From assembly GCA_973895155.1 (NCBI GenBank), contig OZ316898.1, positions 20,037,292-20,101,291 on the forward strand: a DNA stretch of 64,000 bases, read 5' to 3'. The stretch is from Marsupella aquatica. Its lineage: Eukaryota; Plantae; Marchantiophyta. Position numbers and translations under genes: made by a program. Positions 26,900 to 40,300 of this stretch are shown in pieces. How positions within the stretch are numbered: the stretch's first letter is position 1; each line of letters begins with the position of its first letter. The notes under the pieces were generated by a model. The model saw nothing but the letters and a program-made list of their open reading frames with translations, ran no database searches and was not told the origin of the DNA.

Positions 26900-29330
26900 A
26901 ATCCCCATATCCCAAAGTGTTTATGCCACAAGTAGTGGATGAAGAATAGTATGTAGAGTGTCCTACACCCAGTGGACAGGTTCCCAGTTCTATGTAGTGC
27001 CACATGGCACTCTAGGGCCCACCTCTAGCCCCTAGCCCAAAACTGATCATTTGAGCTTCTCCTAAATGACTCCACAAGGGACCAATGTAATGACCACAAG
27101 TCCACTCATTTGACCTATTCTATATGACCGTTTCAATGACCCTATTTGTAGTAATTGGCATTTATGACACTCCATTGTTCACAAATGACACAATGAAGTC
27201 CTTAGACCTCCAAAGAGAGCCAACTCTAAATTCCTTGCAAAACCCTAAACCCACTCACACACACCATACAAGGAAGCACCACAACCATGCCCTAGTACCT
27301 CCAAAGAGAGCCAACTTTAGATTCCTTGCAAGGTTGGAATATTCCTCTTCCCTAAACCCGCACCCACACCATACTGAGAAGCACGACTCCCCTGCCCATT
27401 CCATTCGTGCAGCACTACCTCTTGGAGAACCCAAAACAGGTTTTATTTGCCTTTGGATGTGATGGTATTCATGCATGGTGACACTTTTGGCAAATCACTC
27501 CAAAGTCGTACGACTTGGGAGTGATTTCCCCAAAGGTGCATCATGCCTTAAGTAAACGCAAAAACATGTCTCCAAAGTGTTTATGTTGCAACTAGTGGAT
27601 GGACAATGATGAGTATAGTGTCCCGCACCTAGTGGAGGGATTCTCACCTCTATGTAGGGCCCCATGGCACTCTAGGGCCCACCTCAAGCCCCTAGCCCCA
27701 AACTGGTCATTTGTGATTTTCCTTAATGACTGCATGAGGGACCCCTCCAATGACAATAAATCAGGTCATTTGGGTTATATGACATCCAATCATGTGACCA
27801 TTTTAATGACCCTTCTTGTAGTAATTGGCATTTATGACGGGCCATTGCTCACATATGACCCAATAAAGGCCCTAGTACCTCCAAAGAGAACCAACTTTAG
27901 ATTCCTTGCAAGGTTGGTATATTCCTTTTTCCTAAACCCGCACCCACACCATACTGAGAAGCACAACTCCCCTGCCCATTCCATTGGTGCAGCACTACCT
28001 CTTGGAGAACCCAAAAATGAGTATTATTTGCCTTTGGATGTGATGGTATGCATGCATGATGACACTTTTGGCAAATCACTCCAAAGTCGTACGACTTGGG
28101 AGTGATTTCCCCAAAGGTGCATCATGCCTTAAGTAAACGCAAAAACATGTGTCCAAAGTGTTTATGTCGCAACTAGTGGTTGGACAATGATGAGTATAGT
28201 GTCCCGCACCCAGTGGAGGGGTTCTCACCTCTATGTGGGGCCCCATGGCACTCTAGGGCCCACCTCAAGCCCCTAGCCCCAAACTGGTCATTTGTGCTTT
28301 TCCTTAAAGACTACATGAGGGACCTCTCAAATGACCACAAATCCAATCATTAGACTGATATGACTCTCCATATGACAGTTTTAATGACCCTATTTTTAGT
28401 CATTGGTATTTATGACGGGCCATTGCTCACATATGACCCAATAAAGGCCTTAGTACCTCCAAAGAGAGCCAGCTTTAGATTCCTTGCAAGGTTAGAATAT
28501 TCTTTTTCCCTAAACCCGCACCCACACCATACTGAGAAGCACGACTCCCCTGCCCATTCCATTGGTGCAGCACTACCTCTTGGAGAACCCAAAAATGAGT
28601 TTTATTTGCCTTTGGATGAGATGGTATGCATGCATGGTGACACTTTTGGCAAATCACTCCAAAGTCGTACGACTTGGGAGTGATTTCCCCAAAGGTGCAT
28701 CATGCCTTAAGTAAGCGCAAAAATATGTCTCCAAAGTGTTTATGTCGCAACTAGTGGTTGGACAATGATGAGTATAATGTCCCGCACCTAGTGGAGGGGT
28801 TCTCACCTCTATGTGGGGCCCCATGGCACTCTAGGGCCCACCTCAAGCCCCTAGCCCCAAACTGGTCATTAGTGCTTGTGTTTAATGATTGCATGAGGGA
28901 CCACACAAATGACCACAAGTCCAGTCACTTGACTTATATGACAGTCCATATGACAAATTTAATGACCCTACTTGTATTCATTGGTATTTGTGATGCAAAT
29001 GTTTTTAGAAATGACCCAATAAAGATTACACTAGCTCCTTGAATGCCCCATCACTATTCATTTGCAAATTAAAATATTCCCCATCCAAACACCGGCACAA
29101 ACATGACACAATTACAACAAAGGATGACAACCTTCCATTGGTATTACCCTATTCTTGGAGAGACAAAAAGGCTTCATTTGCCTTTGGATACGGTAGTATG
29201 CATCTATATATGGAAAGCTAGGTGCATCATGCCTTAAGGAAATGCAAGACATGTGTTCAAATTGCTAATGCTGCAACCAGTGGGAGGACAATGATGAGTA
29301 TTGTGTCCCGCATTTAGTGGAAGGGTTATC
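26900..29330. repeat. ~580-bp tandem repeat, about 4 partial/complete units
   Basis: tagtacctccaaagaga.cc recurs at ~27292, ~27872 and ~28451. The ORF track shows near-identical translations at the same period. Confidence 0.93.
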
Positions 29331-32300
29331 AACTATATCAATGACTCTACAATTATGACCGGTGTCTGGAATGACTATTGAGTATTTTAATCTTCATATC
29401 CCTTGGGTTCTTTAATGACTCTATAAGTAGTCATTTATGCAATAAGTCCATAATGATTGTATGTTATTGTAAACATTGATATATCATGATTTTTAGATTG
29501 ACCCTATATTTAGTCATTTATACAACAAGTCCATAATGACGGTATGTTCTTGTAAATACTGATATGTCCTAATTTCAAGATTGACCCTAGAGTTAGTCAT
29601 TTAAGAGAGAAGTCCATAATGACGGTATGTTCTTGTAAACACTGATATGTCCTAATTTCAAGATTGACCCTAGAGTTAGTCATTATGAGAGAAGTCCATA
29701 ATGACGGTATGTTGTTGTAAACACTGATATAATCTCATTTTCAGATTGACCCTATATTTTATCATTTAACACCGTTGGTTAAAATGACGAAAATATATTT
29801 TTTGTCATTTATCACCGTTGTCCAAAATGACCCAACTAAATTTTTGGTCATTTCAATCATTGTCCAGAGTGACTATAATGGTGCTAAACACTGATTTATC
29901 ATTATTGTTATTAATTCTGTCATTTAAGACATGTGTCTAAATTGACCATTTAGGGAAATTGGGTCATTTTGGTCGCATCAGTCATTACAAACATTATACA
30001 AAATGACGCAAAAGTTAACATTTTATCATTTCAGTCTATTGGTCATTGTGGACAGTCATTCTCCTGTCATTCTTTTTGTGTCATTAGAAATTTTGGTCAT
30101 TTATTCATCTCCGTCATTGGGTGATTGGTCATAAAGGGCCCTGTTTTCTTCTAGTGATTCTCTGGTAAGTACATCGGAGCTTCTTTCATTAGAATTGTCA
30201 AATTCATTCCATATTTATTTGATTTAAGGTCTGTATGTCGACACCATAACATTTTGAAACCTTCCAAAGTCTTGTTGGTGATAAGTGGATCAAGTTGATC
30301 AACAACTTCATACCAATCAGTATGATTCCGATACCAAAATTTGATGTCAAAATATCTGGCACAAAAATTTAAAAACTCATGTACAAATGGTCTGGGAAAG
30401 ATCATTTTCCCCCGCACGGGACAAGCTGTCAAATTCTTCAATTGTCTCGATAATCGAGTTGAGAACACCAAATTGTTTTCAACATAAAAAAAAGTATTTT
30501 TTGAGTCTTAACATATTCTTCACCCTGCCCATCACAATACACTTGATAGTCAAATATTAATGTAATATGATAAAGAAAATGAAAGAAAATGAAAAATCAC
30601 CAAATCACAAACCACGGGTTGTAGGTTTGATAAAGAGAGCAATTTGAGTCCTTACATTTATTGAAAGACAATATCAGCAAACTCACTGAATTGCTTGTGG
30701 TGCTCTGGGTCACTCTCTAATCTCATTGTGTCATTAATTGACCAGACTACTTGGTTTTGTTCCCAATCCTCAACAAGTGAAGCCAAAGACCACCTCAGAT
30801 AGTTTTTCTCTATGGTTTTATGCATTGTCTCTGAGGAGTCAAGGAACATTTTAAGGAATGGAATTAGAACCCTAGGAAAAACGTTATCTGCTATTTGTCC
30901 AAGATATGACTCAGGATATAACGAAGAGTAAAATGGATTTAGACATGTTTTATAAGGAGAATCATCTGTAAGGACAATGATCTCACAATTGTAATCATAT
31001 TTGTATTGTGAACGCAAATTCACCAACTCTTTCAAGAAAATTGGTTTTTTGGTTTGATAATGTTCGCCAACTCTAACAGTATCTTGTTCAATGGCAACAA
31101 ATTTGATGTGTTTTCTATCGTCGATGGTCAACACTACTTGGAGAAGTGGGTTTAGGTTATGCAATTGCATCCATGACCAGATTGCAATATCAAAGTGGGC
31201 TATGCAAAAATCCAAAAAATCACGCAAATAAGGCCTTTGGTACACAATCTTAGACCCGACTCGAACTCCGGCACTCTGGTCAAGGTTTTTTTGTTGAATA
31301 TGCACTTAATAAAATAACTTTGTTAACATCAAGAATGAGAAGTTTTTTCAGCTGACATACACCAAGGAGAAAACTGATAAGAGAATTATAATGTTTACAA
31401 TTTGCAAATAAAATTCTTAAGATAATAGATATTCTCTTATGGAATCTCCTAATTGTCTAGAGTCTCAACTTTCTAAAGACTCGAGTTGGAAGTTTTTTTT
31501 TTAGCTGCCCAAGTTTTTGGAACTAGGAATATAAATTCCAATGGATAATGTATTATTCACATCTATAGTCCCATAAGATGCAATTTTTCCTTGTATCGCA
31601 TCTGTGATATCGATAACCTGGTGGATAAGTGCATTTCATATTAGTATTACGGACCCCAATCTAAACTTAAAATATAAAACTCAATAAAACTCAATAAATA
31701 AAAGTTTAGAAGTAATTAAATTTATCTTATGGCCCTGGAATGGGAGTGACATCTTTAATAAACAGTCAGCATAGGCTTCATCTCCTTCGATTCCTTTGTC
31801 CAAAACTTGTGTTTCCGAACAACTCGCACTAGTAGGGATATTTTGGAAAATATTTGCACACATCACTTGTGCTTCTGAACTCATTGTCTATGACAACCCA
31901 TGGTCTGCAGCCTACAGGTCATCTACGAGCACAATATTCCATATGTGAGGATCTGCCTCAAAATTGATTGTAGCCTGTTGTTTAGCTATAAGTGATTCAT
32001 ATGGTTCCCCAATTCTCTCACATGCATCTTGCAACATTTTCTTATTTCAATTTATTGATGCTTTGTCAGGTGAGTCAAGACAATCAGAGATATCCTCAAA
32101 AACAGATTTATAGTACTCCTTCCCATTCCACGCATGGAGTTTCAACTCCTCTGCAAAGTGCATTTTCCACACATCAATTGAATAAAGTCAGGTCTTGCAG
32201 TTTCCTCAAGAGTCACAACTGTCCTCAGGAATTTCCGAATTGTGACCTTTCCAACTTCATCGATTGTATCTTGTTTTAGTCCCTGCTCTGTTTCATTTGA

Positions 32301-33567
32301 TCCCTGCTCTTCTCCATCTGGTCCCTGCTCTGCTTCACTTGGTCCTTGCTCTGCTTCACCTGGTCTTTGCTCTAGTCTTTGCTCTGGTCCCTGCTCTTGT
32401 CCTTGCTCTGCTTCATCTGCATTTAGATTTCTTTCTTCATTATCTCCCTCGCTATCATCTTTGTCTTTAGGCTCTCCCTCAAAGCATGTGATGTTGATGT
32501 TCTCATCATCATTTTCATTGTCACCATCCTCCTTCTCCTCATCTGGATCCTCCTGAATGGCTTCATTTATTGTATTTGGTTTAATTTTCACTTTTCTCTC
32601 TGTAACATTGTCTGAGGCCTATCTTTTTGCTCCTCTAAGTATATTTTTCTCCACTTCTTTTCCCCTTCTTGACCTTCTTTCAAGCCGATCCAATACTTGA
32701 GTTTCAAAGGAATCATGATGCCTTTTCTTTCGTAACTTGTCACCTTTTGAGGATTCATTTGTGCTCTCCCCCTCGCCATTGCTTTCATTTTCCTTTCCGT
32801 GAGGATCTCCCTCATTTCCTTCGGATTGAGAGTAGTTCATCTTTTTCGTGGATGTTCCAAAAGGTTGGTGCTCTGGGTTTTCCTCTGAGCTTGATAAAAA
32901 TGTATCACCATCATTTCCTGTTTCTTCATTTACATTACTTCCAACACCTACATCAAGATTATTAAAGATAATTGCAATCAGAAGTAATATTAAAAAAACT
33001 CATAGACCATGGGTTCTAGACTCCCAAAGGACATGGATCAACCAATTCATTAAAAGTGGAAAATTATCAATGCTTTGGAATATTGCTTATCTCTATTTAG
33101 AATATTATAAAACCAAAATTGGAATTTAAATACCCAATTTTTGGAATTTCTTGACACACATTTTTGAATTTTTTTCATGATTTGTAATATTTGTTTATGA
33201 ATATATCAAAGTCAAAATACCTAGAAGTATTTACAATCCATGAACCTTGTATCATCCAAGACATTCTAAAGTGAAGTCAATTTTTTTGGGGGAAAGGGGG
33301 GGGGGGGCATAAAGCCTCAATACCACACAAAGAGAAGTCATTGACATACGTAATATATATTTTAAATAAATAAAATCCAAAATTGAAATGACATAAGTAC
33401 CCTAATTACCTTGCCTAATCAATTTTAGACGCAGTGCCAAGCAAGCAAAACATAAGAGTAGATTACCAACCTAAAAAATAAGTCATCTTTATACTTTTGA
33501 TAGTATAGACTTAACAACTAATTGAATCTATATAATCCTACTAAGCAAATGATATCACTCTCAATAT

Positions 33568-36500
33568 CTACCTTTGCTCTTCTATATCTATCCTTGCTAA
33601 ATAAACTTTGATTTCCTCCAGTTTCTTTTTGGGGATTTGAATGCCTTGTTAAGCTTTATTCCCTTGATATGTCCAAAAGTGCATGGCTGCTGTTGCATTA
33701 CACCATTCTTCTTTCTGCAAAATATCACATTCCCAAAGTTTTTGCTTCTTCAAACATCCTTCATATCGATCATACAATGATCTATCCTTTTTGGTGCTTT
33801 TGGGTCTCCACCATTGCAACAGAAAATCTCCACAATTTGGTAGTTCAGGGTCCATTTGAACTTTGCTCAATGCTCTTCCCATCCAGAAGCATCCTGGCTT
33901 GTTATCCTCAAATTCTTGTGTTGGATGAATAATGATGAAAACGCCTGCTTCAATATCTTCAAGAGGAACAAACCGATTGCTTTCCCTTTCAGAAAGAGGA
34001 CCCACAAATATTGTTTGACCTTCAAGAATTTCCTCATCAGCCTCACGTTGAAGGATAACAATATCTGGAGGATTCTCCCAACCCGTCACATCAAATGATC
34101 CAAGATCACTTTTATAGCCCGTACCATGTTTGGTTCGAGGCCAAAACCCATCCACCAGCGGCTGCTCTTCAATATCCACTATCTCCAAAAGGGGCTTTTG
34201 CAAAAGCTCAGTAACTGTCTTCCAATATTGCACTAAAGGAAACCTTTCCTTATATCCCTGTGAGGTCTTATCCTTCCATGTTTTCTCTATCCACTCTATA
34301 TAGTTTTTGATGTAGGCTGAAACATCTTTGGCTTTCTGAAAAAGTGTAGTTGGGATTTTGGCAAGTGGTTCTCCAATTGGAAGGACAAGTGTTTTACTTC
34401 CATCTTCAACCCATATGCATCGTCCTTGGGGTGGTGACCATGAGTCATTGATATTCTCCTTGACTTGGTACACAGGGACATTATTTTTCATTGTAAATAG
34501 GAATGCCATTGGTGCAGAGTGCCCTGCAATAGTCTTCACAAAAGCACTAACATAAGACTTGTAGCTAGCCACTTCATGGATCAATGTGGGCACTGGGTGA
34601 ATTGCTTCGTTTTCCCATACCTCTGCCATAAGTGAAAGTAGGGTTGTGACCTCACGATGCTTAAGTCGAGTGCTTACCCTAGAGAATATTGCATCAACAT
34701 CCTCATGTGTATGCCCAACCATAAGGAAAGACATGACAATACTCTCAAAGTGTCCCCTCAGAACCAACTCACTACCGAATGCCATCATGGCCCAATTCTT
34801 GTTGTCCTTTGCAGAGTTGTCCATTTGTAAGTGTAGATGTCTTGGCAATTTCTTGAACAGTGTAGTGCTACTACTATGACATTCTGCCAATCCGCTTGCC
34901 ACAATTGGTGAGACACAATCCTTGTCCACAAGTTCCCCACGATATCGATCAGTTATGACATTGTTGGCATCTAGATATCCAATTTGAAAAGCTTGCTTTT
35001 CCAATAATGCCTTGAATAAGGGGTTTGTTGCCTGATGAGAATGAACTCCAAGATCTCCACTTTTATCCCCCGAATATGCTTCCAAATCACGCAGGCACTT
35101 TGCAACGAAGGTAATAGTAAAATCTGGATCAGATGGCCACATCCCTGTCAAACTAAAGTGGGCAAAGACCCCAGGTTCCCGACCATGTGTCAACATCCCA
35201 GTCAAAGCCATTGGTAGTGGTTGACATCCACTAGCCATGCTTTTTAGTGTATCAACCATTTTAGGAATTTGGGTCTTGTTTTGATCCATCTTATCATGAA
35301 TAATGCAAAGAAGATCTTCTGGATTTCTTCTTGCCATCACCCGAGCTGCATAGTAAAGGTTTCGACGAGACATTTGTTCTTGCATGTGTTTTTCCCTTGC
35401 TGCTTCGTACCGCTCGCGAACTTCAGTTCTTCTCTCCTTCATCAACAACTCCTTCAAAGTGGTGCATTGAGTGCACTTTGCAAAAGCACTCTTCACATGG
35501 AATGAAAAATTTGCATAGTTCTCCCTCCACATCTTATAGAAAGACCCAATGGTAATTCCCTGACTCTCTTCCACCTTCATGCTCTCAACTACCTCATCAT
35601 AGATAACATCTTTGTTATAGCAAGATGGTAATCTGTAGATGATGTTTGATGTTCCCTTCTTCCCTGTGTATCTGAGATGTGGCATAGGCTCGCCAAGGGT
35701 ATTCACTACACGGTCAAGATGAGCACGAAACTCTTGTGTTGTCATCCTTGGTTTTTTGGTGCCCTTATTGCCATGAAACCCCACTTTACAACCACCCTTG
35801 TATAGATTCTCATAGTTGTAGAAGGTGCTTGTAGAAATTCCAAATATAATTGCAAATGCCATTTTGCAAATGATGCGACCTTTGACAACCATTTGTCCTT
35901 GCTCAACCATAGATCTCTCCCTCATTTCAAACACATTCATCATATGACTGATTTTGTTATCATTGTCCAAACCATAGAACTCAGTTCTGACCTCTTCAAT
36001 GTCTGTGCGGGGGAAGTTCCGACAACATTCCATTCCACACTTGCACTTCTTCATGCCCACTTGAGCTATTTTGTTCTCATCCACCTTCACACTTCTTCTC
36101 TGCTTCACTCTTTTTTCTTGGCGTGCATTTGGGTTGGCTGGTTTTCTCAACCCGCCCATGGAATAATGCCTTTTCTTTTGCTGGTACTCCATAGAAGAGA
36201 ACAAATCATCCTCATCATTATCCCCCTCTTTATGTACAGTCTGTTCATCCTCAAGTTCTGACAGAAGATCTCCAAAAAACTTGTCAGAAGGATAGAATTT
36301 CAAAGTTGCAATCGGCCATTTTACCAAGCACGGGGTTCCCACTAAAAATGTGGGAAATTCCTTCTGTTGCATGTGGATATTGCAAATCACACGTTCAACT
36401 AGCACCCCAACATGACCATCACCAAGCACTTCATTGTTTATTGCTGCTGTGGGTTGCCATGCTATGATTGATCCTCTTGCAAGCAATGTCACCCGATCAA

Positions 36501-37290
36501 CAGTATAAATCTCCACATCTTTTAAGTACCACTTGGAATGATCATTCAAATCGTAGTTGTCATCTGGTCCTTGGCTGAGTCCGCCATTTTGAATCTCAAT
36601 CGATTCACACCCATTGAATTGCTCACCAACATTATATACATTGACTATATCCCAAAGAACAACACTACCTACAGACTGCTCAATTGTCTTTATGTTAGTG
36701 TTGGGGTATGGCAATTGAGTCACCCCATGAAGTGCTTCAACCACATGGACACTAATATGCCCTGGTCCCAATAATATGTCACCACAAGTATCCTCTGGTT
36801 GAGTATTAGAAACTTCACCCCGTGCAACAACAATGCTTGTAAGTTGCAATAGCACATCATCTCCTGAACAAAATGGTGCAACCGGTTCATTGTTGGAATT
36901 GGGGACTTGGTTTCCAACAATCCTTGAATCATCAGTTCCTTCAAGTCTCACAAGGTTGGGAGTATCATTGGATGCTTTTTGGACCTGCAATGGGATGTTC
37001 TCATTTGCCAAAATGGCACTAGCACAGTCCCATATAACATATGAATGTAAAGCCTCCCCAGTGGTGTCAGCTCCTGGATTTGGGTAAGGAAGAGGTTTTG
37101 TTGGCTCAAAGATTTCAACCACCAGAACACTCATGCGGTTGTTACCCAATGCCTCAGAATGACAAGTGTCTTCTGGATTGGTCTTAAACACAACCCCCCT
37201 TGCAACCAATATATTCTCAAGATGAAGAAGTACTTCAGACCCTTGGGAGAACAAAAAATTGGCACTCCGAGTTGTAGTCATGATCTGCAT
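33568..37290 (-). CDS. Sola-type DDD transposase (DUF7869-like core), 1213-aa ORF; likely premature TAA at 33649-33651 with the natural stop at 33568
   Basis: Motifs CKCGMECC, FYKMW, AKCTQCTTLK, CIIHDKMDQNK, LHLQMDNSAKDNKN, SFLMVGHTHEDVDAIFS. The frame continues past the TAA as QGIQIPKKKLEEIKVYLARIDIEEQR*. A splice acceptor at ~37285 implies upstream exon(s). Confidence 0.85.
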
Positions 37291-37352
37291 AAAAAAATGT
37301 TAAGAAAATTACTCATGATCAGTTGAAGATGACAGGTTGTCAGGGTCCAGAA

Positions 37353-40300
37353 GAAACCTCAATATCATCGTGAGGTTTCAGGCTACTTGGATACTAAAGT
37401 GAAATTCATCCAGACACTAAACCTAGTTTTTGTGGTTAAACTTAATATGGTCCTATGCAAGTGCTTAACATGCATAGTTGGGTCAACTTTGCATTAAAAA
37501 GTCCATTATGTAGGTATAAGGCAATAATGTTAGAAATAATAGTGGTCTAGAAGGTCCGCAAGTAATTATACGGATGTGGACTGACAGAATGTTAGACTAC
37601 AATATGTTTGCGGCAATACATTCACAAGACCTACTAAGAGATTCAATTTAACCCAAAAGAATGAGAATTATTGGTCATAAAATAAAGTACAGTAGAACTT
37701 CACGATTGTCATGAGGTTTCATTTCTTGCTTCAAGAAGACTGAATTATGAATAAATGAATGAGAACAAAATGAAGTACCTATTCATCACTGTTAGATCCA
37801 TTCACTATTTTCTCTTAATGTTGATATTAATAGTTTAGTCCATGTAACTTCCATATGAATGATGGACACACACAGGAAAACTTACAACCTCAAGATGATC
37901 TTGAGGATGACAATTTATGCCTCTATATCTCAATGAACAAAACAAAACATATGTAGACCTATGTCATATTGAGCTTGGCCAAGTATGCAAATTGATGGTC
38001 ATAATTAGTTACTTTTAGTGCACAAGACAAAAATAAAGCTAAAGACTCACAAATGACTTAAACAAAGTAAAAGAAACATACCCAAAATTCAGAATCATAA
38101 ATGTCTTTGCCGCATGTGGCGAAGATAGAGTATAAGAGTGCCACCATGCGTCCTCATCAATTAGAAGACGCCCAAATGTTCATCAAACGTCAGTTCAGAC
38201 TCAACTGCAGTGTCAACATTGTCCACCATGATCTAAGAGAGTTAGAGTAGGAGGAGGGTCTTTTCATTGGTTAAATGAAGGAAAATGCTTAGACTTCCCT
38301 CAAGAAATAGTTGTAGAAAAGTGGGCACAAATAGAGAATGCAAAAGTGTGAGTAGCAGAAAAGAAAAATAAACAACTCTGAAACTGAAGTAAAATGAACA
38401 TGGGGAAGTGTTGGGCTGGGTTTGCAAATATATCTTTGAGAGCAACGGATCAGCGTGAGATGGATTGACTAATGTTGCTGAGTTTGAGTTTATTGGCGAA
38501 GACTCATTGGCCCCAGGTTTGGAGGGAATTGTCAGCTTTCATCAATAAGAATAAAGAAAAAACAAAGTTGCTTAGCACATTTTTAATATTTAAAGAATGA
38601 CGACAGACCTTTTGCTTTTGCATGCTGGATTTGTCCTCCTATATACTGTAGAGCTCTGTATTTACATGGAATCAAACGGGAGTTTCAAAAATCCTTACTA
38701 TTCATTCTGTTTTTTTAATTTTCCACTCATTGGCCCAGTTTTGGAGGGATTCGTCGACTAGCTCGCATTAATAGACTCCAAGTAAACGACATTTGCTCAA
38801 CACATATTAATTTTTAAAAATATGATGACTGAGGGACATTTTGCGATTTTTCCTCCATTATTGTACAGACTAGTGTATTTGCACGATGAGGAACCTTGTA
38901 GTAAGAATTTTTGTGTTTTTGAAATTTGAAAATTTTCAGGTTTTCCTTGTGGCTAAGTATTTTGGCTTGTTGACTTGCAATAACAAGCCGCCATCCATTT
39001 CTTAGTACTTTTTCTCCTTTTAGCAACGCTTGTTGGCCCATTGGCCTCACCAACTTCACCAACTTCTTGGACATTACTTGATTTTAGTGGAGTAGTTGGA
39101 GTTGGCATTTTTTTGCCATGGTCAAGTGTAAATCTCTCAATATTTTTTTAGAGGCCCCAAAATATGGATTTAAATTTTTGGCCAAAGACGAATGTAAATT
39201 TGACACAGTTACATTAGAGTTGTTAGGATTTGGTACCAAATAATTAGCCATATATAGATGCATGCGGTATAAGGTGTCATGTGACTTACTAAGTGTCAGC
39301 TCCGTGTGAAGAGGAGAAGGCGGCTAGAGTTGGCGGAAGTTCGATTGGGAAGTTATCAGGGGTACTTTACCAAAGAAAACTCTGTCGTTTGTTGAGGCCC
39401 TGAAAACTCATTTGTTGAGGCCCTAGCTGCCAAGAAGAGGATGATTCGTAGTGTGAGGACATCCGTAGCAAGAGCGCATGCAGGGCGTTTTTAGTGGAAG
39501 GTGAAAGGCTGTGAGGACGGCCATAGCAAGAGCGCATGCAGGGTATTTTTAGTGGAAGGTGAAAGGCTAGCAGGCGCTATTGCTGGCACGCCCTAGTATT
39601 GCTTGCAGGCCCTTGTGAGGGATCAGCCGCAAGACTTCTCCTTGTTCATGCTCACATATCTATTTAAACTCAAAATTCTCTGGACTCATTCCTCAGAATT
39701 GTGTACATCGTACGTGAGGGAGGACTATTCAAGTTAGCTACAGTACCTCTGTCATAACTGTCTGCACAATCACCAAGGTACCAACAGTTAGTGTTTATGT
39801 GGAATAGTGGAGTAGATTCCTGTTGTACTAAAGGTGCCTATTCATTAGTGTTTTCTGTATTGCTGGTAGCTACATGTGCCTTGCTCAGGCCAGACAATCC
39901 CTCTACTGTACGCATGACTGGTGAAGGAGGTGCGTATCTCATTGTCCTTATCTTATCTTGGGTTGTTATCTTATTATCTTCTTTCTCAATTGAACGTGAA
40001 CTAATGGGTGTCATGAGTCTCCTTACTGGCTCAATGCGCTTTCTCATTTGTATTTGATAAGTTTCGTGACCGGTTCAATACGCATGCGCGCTTATTATCA
40101 GAGTATGCTCTGAGGAGATTGAGTTGCATTGTATTGTTTAGGGTTTGAGTTGCTAAATTAGAAACGATGAGTTTCATGACTGGTTCAATACGAATGCACG
40201 CTTATTATCAGAGTATGCTCTGAGGAGATTGAGTTGCATTGTATTGTTTAGGGTTTGAGTTGCTAAATTAGAAACTTTGATTGAGTTTTGGTATACCAGA

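Larger units (their letters stand above)
21321..30156. mobile_element. Non-autonomous CACTA (En/Spm) element, 8836 bp
   Basis: Left end CACTAGTAGAAAACATGGTTGTTTATGACC; right end (reverse complement) CACTAGAAGAAAACAGGGCCCTTTATGACC. 3-bp TSD ATT at 21318-21320 and 30157-30159. Dense ATGAC/GTCAT subterminal repeats at ~21345-22050 and ~29340-30130. No transposase ORF. Confidence 0.95.
21051..32947 (-). pseudogene. 3' half of the outer cargo gene: acidic low-complexity region followed by two tandem FCP1/NIF-like (HAD) phosphatase domains; last exon split by a CACTA insertion
   Basis: Acceptor at 32948 opens an acidic frame (32947-32142, one internal TAG). Domain 1 (~31350-30660): KKLLILDVNK..RPYLRDFLDFCIAHFDIAIWS..FLKEL..VLTDDSPYK. 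Domain 2 (~30525-30157 joined to 21317-21051): RPFVHEFLNFCARYFDIKFWY...YLPE-N-VVLIGEPT...LHPKPF. Confidence 0.8.

Noticed and set aside
27124-29221. Repeated 60-168 aa ORFs
   Set aside because: By-products of the 580-bp tandem repeat, with no motifs.
32947-33572. Splicing of the Sola transposase end (AG|GTAGAT) to the acidic exon at 32947
   Set aside because: Phase mismatch gives an immediate stop, and a TIR/TSD boundary lies between. The 57533 donor fits instead.
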